Part shown: piece after piece, positions 25,858 through 32,000 of the stretch
Position numbering within the stretch: the stretch's first letter is position 1
Layout of the letters: the number at the start of each line of letters is the position of its first letter
DNA from: an uncultured Clostridia bacterium
GTDB lineage: Bacteria > Bacillota > Clostridia > TANB77 > CAG-465
Assembly (NCBI GenBank): GCA_934149365.1
Contig: CAKPEI010000005.1
Span: forward strand, 74,057 to 106,056
Reading direction: 5' to 3'
Length of the DNA: 32,000 nucleotides
Made by a program: the position numbers and the translations under genes
The notes under the pieces: generated by a model
What the model was told of the DNA's origin: nothing
Seen by the model: only the letters and a program-made list of their open reading frames with translations
Database searches by the model: none

Positions 25858-27249
25858 ATGAAATATACAATAAATTATGAAAATAGAGTAAAAGAACTGT
25901 TAGGGGATAAACAATATAAATATTATATTGATACTATGGGATGTGCATTAAATGAAAATGATTCTATGAAGTATAGTGGGATTATGTCAAAAATGGGAAT
26001 GGAAAGAACTCTTGATGTAGATGAAGCAAATATTATACTGTTTAACACATGTGCTATAAGAGAGAATGCGGAAGATAAACTTTATGGTAGACTTGGAACT
26101 CTAAAAAAGAGAAAAAGTGAAAACTCTGATTTATATATATGTATAGTAGGTTGTATGTCACAGCAAGAACATGTTATAAATAAAATAAAAGAATCTTATA
26201 GATTTGTTGATGTACTTTTAGGTACTCATAGTATGCAGGACTTCGCCAAATCATTGTATATGGCTATAAAAGAAAAGAAAAAAGTCGTTTCTTACGTGGA
26301 AGATAAAACAGAATTAGTAGAAGATATCCCTATTATATATGAAGATTCAGTAAAAGCTTCTGTATCAATAATATATGGTTGTAATAATTTTTGTTCATAT
26401 TGTATAGTACCTTATGTTAGAGGAAGAGAAAAAAGTAGGCTTCCAGAAGATATATTAAAAGATATTGAATACTTAGCTCAAAATGGTTATAAAGAAATAA
26501 CGTTATTAGGGCAAAATGTAAATTCTTATGGAAATGACTTTAAAAAACAAAATATAGAAAATTTGAAAGAATATAATTTTGTAAGTCTTCTTAAAGATAT
26601 AGATAAAATAAGAGGTATAGAAGTTATAAAATTCATGTCCCCTCATCCAAAAGATTTTAGTGACGAATTAATTGAATATATAAATGAAAATAAAAAGATA
26701 TCTAGACAAATACATTTACCTCTTCAATCAGGTAGCACAAAAATATTAAAGAGCATGAATAGAAAATATACTAAAGAATTATACTTAGATTTAGCAACAA
26801 AAATAAAAGAAAAAGTTCCAGATGTTAGTTTTTCAACTGATATAATTGTAGGTTTTCCAGGTGAAACAGAAGAAGATTTTTTAGAAACATTAGATGTAGT
26901 AAAAAAGATTAAATTTAGTCAGATATATATGTTTATATACTCTATAAGAAAAGGAACTGTTGCAGAAAAGATGGAAAATCAAATAGATGAAAAGATAAAA
27001 GTAAACAGATTAGAAAGACTAAAAAAACTATTTGAAGAAACGTTAAATGAGGAAAATGAAACGTATATAGGAAGAACATTTGAAATTTTAGTTGAAGGAA
27101 AAAGTAAAAATAATGAAAAAATGTATTCAGGTAGAACTCCATCAAATAAAGTTGTAGTATTTCACGGGTCAGAAGAAGATGTAGGGCAAATTAAAAATGT
27201 GAAAATTATAGAAAATAATTTATGGTATTTAACTGGACAAATTTTGTAA
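25858..27249 (+). CDS. miaB: tRNA-2-methylthio-N6-dimethylallyladenosine synthase MiaB (radical SAM methylthiotransferase)
   Basis: 463 aa. N-terminal UPF0004 Cys triad (TMGCALNE, NTCAIRE, GCMSQ), radical SAM motif CNNFCSYC, and a C-terminal TRAM domain (FEILVEGKSKNNEKMYSGRT). The MiaB versus MtaB/RimO call rests on overall pattern. Confidence 0.8.
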   Translation: MKYTINYENRVKELLGDKQYKYYIDTMGCALNENDSMKYSGIMSKMGMERTLDVDEANIILFNTCAIRENAEDKLYGRLGTLKKRKSENSDLYICIVGCMSQQEHVINKIKESYRFVDVLLGTHSMQDFAKSLYMAIKEKKKVVSYVEDKTELVEDIPIIYEDSVKASVSIIYGCNNFCSYCIVPYVRGREKSRLPEDILKDIEYLAQNGYKEITLLGQNVNSYGNDFKKQNIENLKEYNFVSLLKDIDKIRGIEVIKFMSPHPKDFSDELIEYINENKKISRQIHLPLQSGSTKILKSMNRKYTKELYLDLATKIKEKVPDVSFSTDIIVGFPGETEEDFLETLDVVKKIKFSQIYMFIYSIRKGTVAEKMENQIDEKIKVNRLERLKKLFEETLNEENETYIGRTFEILVEGKSKNNEKMYSGRTPSNKVVVFHGSEEDVGQIKNVKIIENNLWYLTGQIL

Positions 27250-27273
27250 TTAATATAAATAAATGTAATAAAA

Positions 27274-27320
27274 AATAACTTATCCAATATATTTAGAATA
27301 TATGGATAAGTTATTTTTTT
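27274..27320 (+). terminator. miaB terminator
   Basis: AATAACTTATCCA-loop-TGGATAAGTTATT 13-bp stem followed by T7. Confidence 0.7.
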
Positions 27321-27331
27321 GAGGTGAAAGT

Positions 27332-28369
27332 ATGGAAGGAATAGTTGCCAAAAGATGCTTAAGACAAAGTAGCATAGGAAAAGAGATGTATGGTAGTAGA
27401 GTAAATAAGAAAAATATATTGAATGAAATTTATAGAAAGAATGATACAATAAGTAAATCTTTAAATAAAGAAGAAAGTAATACACGAAATCTTTTTGAAA
27501 AATTTATCTTCAAAACTAAGATGAAGTTGTGGATACAATCAATTAGTGCTATGTGTATTCTTATATTACTAATAGTTGTTAGCATGCTTAATGTTAGTGT
27601 TATTGATAACAATAAATATGTAATTATTTTGAAAAAAGAATATGGCAAAAATTATTCTTTAGGATATATAAAGTCAAAAGCTAAAAGCGGAATAAAGTAT
27701 GGTTATAAAGGACTAAAATATGTTGTTTCAGATAGAGTAGAAAATAAATTTAGAGGAATATATAGTGATATAAAAAATATATTTAAAAAAGAAAATAATA
27801 ATAACGTAGTTATATATGAAGAAATTAAAGACAATCAGCTTAGTGAAACTAGTGATGACGTAAAAAATGGCGTAGGAGTAAGCATAGATGAAAATGTCCA
27901 AAGTATAGATATATCAGATGTAAAAGAAGAAAGTAGTGCCATTAGTATAGAAGATAGCAGCTTAGAATATATTAAAAATAATAACATTAAATTTATAATG
28001 CCAACAAAAGGAACGATTTCATCTGGCTATGGAGCAAGGGAAGTAATATTTAAAGATATAGATTCTTATCATACTGGGTTAGATATAGCAAATAAAAAGG
28101 GAACAGACATAGTTGCTGCTACAGATGGTGTAGTAACAAAAGTTGCTAACAACAAATATAATGGTAATTTTATAGAAATAACATATAAAGATATTATAAC
28201 TAAATATGCACATATGGATAGTGTTAGTGTAAAAAAAGGAAAAGAAATTAAAGCTGGAGAAAAAATAGGTGTAATGGGAGAAACAGGATATGCTACAGGA
28301 CCACATTTGCATTTTGAAGTAGTTGTAAATGGCATAAAAATAGATCCTGCTAAGGTATTAAATTTATAA
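27332..28369 (+). CDS. Membrane-anchored M23 (LytM-type) metallopeptidase
   Basis: 345 aa. One TM helix (LWIQSISAMCILILLIVVSML) and a C-terminal M23 domain with intact HxxxD (HTGLD) and HxH (HLHFE) motifs. Confidence 0.8.
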   Translation: MEGIVAKRCLRQSSIGKEMYGSRVNKKNILNEIYRKNDTISKSLNKEESNTRNLFEKFIFKTKMKLWIQSISAMCILILLIVVSMLNVSVIDNNKYVIILKKEYGKNYSLGYIKSKAKSGIKYGYKGLKYVVSDRVENKFRGIYSDIKNIFKKENNNNVVIYEEIKDNQLSETSDDVKNGVGVSIDENVQSIDISDVKEESSAISIEDSSLEYIKNNNIKFIMPTKGTISSGYGAREVIFKDIDSYHTGLDIANKKGTDIVAATDGVVTKVANNKYNGNFIEITYKDIITKYAHMDSVSVKKGKEIKAGEKIGVMGETGYATGPHLHFEVVVNGIKIDPAKVLNL

Positions 28370-28370
28370 T

Positions 28371-28988
28371 ATGGGTATTAATATTAGAATAAAACAAATT
28401 TTATTAGAGATAGAATATTTATTAATAATAACATTACTTGTGTCTAGTATTTCAAAAACGGTAATTAATTATTTGGATAAATATTATATTTGTCTCCTCT
28501 TTGTAATATATCACGAGTTATCGCATGTATTTGTGGGGAGTTTAGTTGGTAAAAAGTTGAGAAAAGTTTTCTTGGGAATATCTGGGATGACAGCATACTT
28601 TAAGTATGAATATCTTGAGAAAAAAAGAATAGATTATTTTAAAGAAACTGCAATATTTCTTGCTGGACCAATTTCTAATATAATAATTGCGACAATTTTC
28701 TACAGAATTAAATTTGTATTTGAAATTAATATATTTTTAGCATTTTTAAATTTAATTCCTATATATCCTCTTGATGGGTACAATGCATTAAAGGCTATAT
28801 GTAGTGGTATATTTTTTAATAAGAAAGATGCGATAAATGTAATAATAAATAAAATTTCTATAATCTTTTTAATACTAATTTCCATATTTTGTATTACTAT
28901 TTTTTATAAATACAAAAACTTTTCAAGTGTTATATATTTGGTATATATTTTGATGCTAAATGTAAAAAATAACAGCAAAATGGGATAA
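28371..28988 (+). CDS. M50 site-2-protease family intramembrane metalloprotease (short SpoIVFB-like form, no CBS/PDZ domain)
   Basis: 205 aa polytopic protein with HELSH (HExxH) in a TM segment and the FLNLIPIYPLDG (NxxPxxPxDG) motif. The start lies 1 nt after the M23 stop codon. Confidence 0.75.
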   Translation: MGINIRIKQILLEIEYLLIITLLVSSISKTVINYLDKYYICLLFVIYHELSHVFVGSLVGKKLRKVFLGISGMTAYFKYEYLEKKRIDYFKETAIFLAGPISNIIIATIFYRIKFVFEINIFLAFLNLIPIYPLDGYNALKAICSGIFFNKKDAINVIINKISIIFLILISIFCITIFYKYKNFSSVIYLVYILMLNVKNNSKMG

Positions 28989-29054
28989 AAAGGAAATTAT
29001 CAGATAATGTGACAAATAAGTTACAAAAATATTACAAAAAATCCTCCAAAACTA

Positions 29055-29083
29055 TTGCATTTTTGTAAGAAAAAATGTATTAT
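29055..29083 (+). promoter_or_regulatory. Candidate ftsA promoter
   Basis: TTGCAT (29055-29060), a 17-nt spacer, then TATTAT (29078-29083). Confidence 0.35.
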
Positions 29084-29111
29084 ATACGTAATGAAATTGG
29101 AGGGAGATTAA

Positions 29112-30392
29112 ATGGCAATTGGTGACATTATAGTTTCACTTGACATTGGGGCTTCCAAGACAGCTGCTGTGGTAGGACAAGTCAATAAATTTAATGAAAT
29201 TGAAGTGATTGGGTATGGTCTATCAGATTCTGAGGGAATAACCAAAGGAAGAATAATAAATAAAGAAGCAGTTGCGAGTTCTATTGTTAAAGCTATAACT
29301 GAAGCAGAAGAGACTTCAGGACTTTATATAAATTCAGCTTACGTTAATATAAAGGGAATGAACGTAAGAATTGAAAAAATAAAGTGTAGAGGAAATGTTA
29401 CAAGACCTGATGATGGTTTATCAATAGATGATATATATACATTATTTAAGCAAGTTCAGGCTGGTATAAAAGTTAATAACAATGAACAAGTCATAGACTT
29501 AATTCCATACAAATACTTTGTAAATGATAGGGAATATAAAGAGGAACCAATAGGGGCATTTGCAAAAGAATTTGGAGTAGATTTAGACGTAGTAATAGCA
29601 AATGGCGATTATATAAAAGATGTAATTGAAACTTTGGATAAGGCAGAACTTAAAATAGATGGTATTATATTGGAAACACTTGCTACTTCCAACGTAGTTT
29701 TGATGCCAGAAGAAAAAGATATGGGAGTTTTGATGCTTGATATGGGTGCATCACATACTGACATATCTGTGTATAAAGATTCAAGGCTAGAATTTTATGA
29801 GACACTTCCAATAGGTGGACATCACATAACTAATGATATAGCAATGACACTTGGAATATCTCAAGAAGAAGCAGAAAGGTTAAAAAGGCAATATAATTTA
29901 GCAATTGAAGCTATGATTTCTAACAATCATGAGATAAAATTAAATTCTGTTAAATCTAATAACATAGAAGATAGCAAAAAGAAATGTAGTGATGTTGTAA
30001 GAATAATAGAAGCAAGAATAAAAGAAGTTTATCAGATAATAAGAAGAGTATTGGCTGATAATAATATGATAGGAAAATATGACTGTTTAGTTTTGACAGG
30101 ACAAGGTATTAGTAATATTGTGGGAGTTGAAGAGCTTGCTGTTTTAACTCTTAAAGTAGGACAAGTAAGAATATGTAGTCCAAAATTAATAAATGTTATA
30201 AAGCCACAACATACGGTTGCGTTTGGAATGGTTAAATATATATCAGGTATAGGTCTTAGTAAACATGTTAATAGTGATGTTGAAATAATAACCGAGCCTG
30301 GATTAAAGCAAAAAATAGCTGGATTTTTTAAAGATACAAAAGAGAAGTTTAAAAACTTGCTAAAGAAAGATGATGAAAATATAGATATTTAA
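29112..30392 (+). CDS. ftsA: Cell division protein FtsA
   Basis: 426 aa actin-like ATPase (VSLDIGASKT, DMGASHTD, GGHHITNDIA), located immediately upstream of ftsZ. Confidence 0.9.
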   Translation: MAIGDIIVSLDIGASKTAAVVGQVNKFNEIEVIGYGLSDSEGITKGRIINKEAVASSIVKAITEAEETSGLYINSAYVNIKGMNVRIEKIKCRGNVTRPDDGLSIDDIYTLFKQVQAGIKVNNNEQVIDLIPYKYFVNDREYKEEPIGAFAKEFGVDLDVVIANGDYIKDVIETLDKAELKIDGIILETLATSNVVLMPEEKDMGVLMLDMGASHTDISVYKDSRLEFYETLPIGGHHITNDIAMTLGISQEEAERLKRQYNLAIEAMISNNHEIKLNSVKSNNIEDSKKKCSDVVRIIEARIKEVYQIIRRVLADNNMIGKYDCLVLTGQGISNIVGVEELAVLTLKVGQVRICSPKLINVIKPQHTVAFGMVKYISGIGLSKHVNSDVEIITEPGLKQKIAGFFKDTKEKFKNLLKKDDENIDI

Positions 30393-30407
30393 GAGGAGGA
30401 AAAAGCA

Positions 30408-31505
30408 ATGGGAGAGATTATAAATCAATCTGGAACAGCTACTATTAAGGTAATAGGAGTAGGCGGCGCAGGAGGCAATGCTGTTAATAGAATGGTTGAC
30501 GCTGGTTTAAGAGGTGTTGAGTTTATTGCAGTAAACACAGATAAGCAAGCATTAGATGTTTCTAAAGCAGCAGGTAAAATTCAAATAGGAGATAAACTTA
30601 CAAGAGGCCTTGGTGCAGGCGGAGATCCTAGCGTAGGAGAGTGTAGTGCGGAAGAGTCAAAGTCTGAAATTGCAGAAGCAATAAAAGGTGCAGATATGGT
30701 ATTTGTAACATCTGGAATGGGTGGAGGAACAGGTACAGGTGCTGCTCCAATAGTTGCAGAAATAGCAAAAGAAATGGGAATACTAACAGTAGGTGTCGTA
30801 ACAAAACCATTTCCTTTTGAAGGAAAAAGAAGAATGAGACAAGCCGAAAATGGTATAGAACAACTAAAACAAAATGTTGATACATTAATTACTATCCCAA
30901 ATGAAAAATTACTTCAGGTTGTTGAAAAACAAACTTCTGTAGTAGAGGCATTAAAAATGGCTGATGATGTTCTTCGTCAAGGTGTACAAGGTATATCAGA
31001 TTTGATTACAGTTCCAGGACTAGTAAATCTAGATTTTGCAGATGTAAAGACAATAATGATGGATGCTGGTGTAGCTCATATGGGTATAGGTAGAGCAACA
31101 GGTGAAAACAGAGCTCAAGAAGCTGCAAGACAAGCAATACATAGTCCACTTTTAGAAACTTCTATAGAAGGTGCAGGTGGAGTATTAATTAATATAACAG
31201 GTGGAAAAGATTTAGGTCTACTTGAAATAAATGAAGCTGCAGAATTAGTACAAAAATCTGTAGATCCTGATGCAAACATTATATTCGGTGCTGTAATAGA
31301 TGAAACAATAGAAAATGAAATAGTTATTACTGTTATTGCAACTGGATTTAATAAATGGGCATTGGATGAAACTACAGCAAATAAATTTGTAGAAAACGTA
31401 AAAAATAATTCTTTCGAAACAACAAGTTATGGAAATACTCAAACAAGAATGGATACATATTCAAATGATTGGGATATTCCTCCTTTCTTAAGAAATAGAG
31501 AATAA
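30408..31505 (+). CDS. ftsZ: Cell division GTPase FtsZ
   Basis: 365 aa with [15 protein letters not shown], the tubulin signature [17 protein letters not shown], and a C-terminal DIPPFLR peptide. Confidence 0.95.
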   Translation: MGEIINQSGTATIKVIGVGGAGGNAVNRMVDAGLRGVEFIAVNTDKQALDVSKAAGKIQIGDKLTRGLGAGGDPSVGECSAEESKSEIAEAIKGADMVFVTSGMGGGTGTGAAPIVAEIAKEMGILTVGVVTKPFPFEGKRRMRQAENGIEQLKQNVDTLITIPNEKLLQVVEKQTSVVEALKMADDVLRQGVQGISDLITVPGLVNLDFADVKTIMMDAGVAHMGIGRATGENRAQEAARQAIHSPLLETSIEGAGGVLINITGGKDLGLLEINEAAELVQKSVDPDANIIFGAVIDETIENEIVITVIATGFNKWALDETTANKFVENVKNNSFETTSYGNTQTRMDTYSNDWDIPPFLRNRE

Positions 31506-31516
31506 TATGCTATATG

Positions 31517-31550
31517 AACAAACTTGTATTTTTATGCAAGTTTGTTTTTT
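31517..31550 (+). terminator. ftsZ terminator
   Basis: AACAAACTTG-loop-CAAGTTTGTT followed by a T-run. Confidence 0.65.
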
Positions 31551-31578
31551 AAATAATGTGTTTATAGATGGGGTTAAG

Positions 31579-32000
31579 ATGAAAAAAATTGATAACAAAT
31601 ATATTAAAAAAGAAAATAAAAAGAAGATAGTTAATATAATATTATCTATTTTAATATTGTTAATAGCGTTTCTTTTCAAAGATATGAGAGAAGAAAGTAT
31701 AAAAGAAGCAAATGAAAAAGTTACAGATCTGAATTCTATAATAATAAGTAGCGAAGATAAGACGGATAAAAAAGCTTACATAGATGTAAAATATAAACCA
31801 TATAAATTTGCAGTAAGCGATGATACCGTAAATAGTTATTACATAATATCTGATGAAAAATATATGTACATTGCATACATGTCACCAGAAGATGAAACTA
31901 AATTAAATAATGGAGATTTTGAAAATAGTTCTGTTAAAATTGAAGGGATTACAGAATTAACATCAGATGAGATTAAAAAGTTAGCTGTTGATACATATAA
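31579..32000 (+). CDS. Hypothetical membrane-anchored protein, N-terminal part; open to the right edge
   Basis: Hand translation from ATG 31579 gives MKKIDNKYIKKENKKKIVNIILSILILLIAFLFKDMREESIKEANEKV with no stop before the end of the window. There is one TM helix. It does not resemble SpoIIGA, which follows ftsZ in spore formers. Confidence 0.45.
   Translation, partial: MKKIDNKYIKKENKKKIVNIILSILILLIAFLFKDMREESIKEANEKVTDLNSIIISSEDKTDKKAYIDVKYKPYKFAVSDDTVNSYYIISDEKYMYIAYMSPEDETKLNNGDFENSSVKIEGITELTSDEIKKLAVDTY

Noticed and set aside
27274-27320. TTATCCA / TGGATAA DnaA-box-like half-sites outside the origin
   Set aside because: They are the two arms of a 13-bp stem followed by T7 directly after miaB, which is a standard intrinsic terminator. 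Neither arm is a full 9-mer DnaA box.

Overview
AT-rich (roughly 25-30% G+C by eye) chromosomal replication-origin region of a low-GC Firmicute, Clostridia/Tissierellia-like; no sporulation genes follow ftsZ. Gene orientation switches at about 15.7 kb. Everything to the left is on the minus strand: GT4 fragment, rpiB, LMW phosphatase, ZIP transporter, SLH/Big_2 surface protein, SDR, UgtP-like glycosyltransferase, two tRNA-Ser, DUF4446, parB, parA, a 91-aa orphan, rsmG, mnmG, mnmE, jag, yidC, yidD, rnpA, rpmH. Everything to the right is on the plus strand except one small RHH gene: a 123-aa orphan, dnaA, oriC, dnaN, recF, gyrB, a 3-gene islet, infC-rpmI-rplT, efp, miaB, an M23/M50 peptidase pair, ftsA, ftsZ, and a partial membrane protein. 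oriC is readable directly: three DnaA boxes upstream of dnaA, about eleven between dnaA and dnaN, then a perfect (CTA)6 DnaA-trio array and an AT-rich unwinding region. I see no CRISPR array, IS element, integrase, rRNA or recognisable multi-gene defence or mobile system. This is mostly core housekeeping DNA. The second-look candidates are small. (1) A self-contained orphan gene lies between rpmH and dnaA. (2) Synteny breaks after gyrB, where gyrA is absent and an XRE / 87-aa / RHH islet sits instead. (3) The SLH/Big_2 gene is a higher-GC monocistronic cassette. (4) A 91-aa orphan sits where noc usually lies. (5) yidD has an apparent homopolymer frameshift in its 3' end. All functional ideas for the orphans are inference and need database or structure searches I cannot run.
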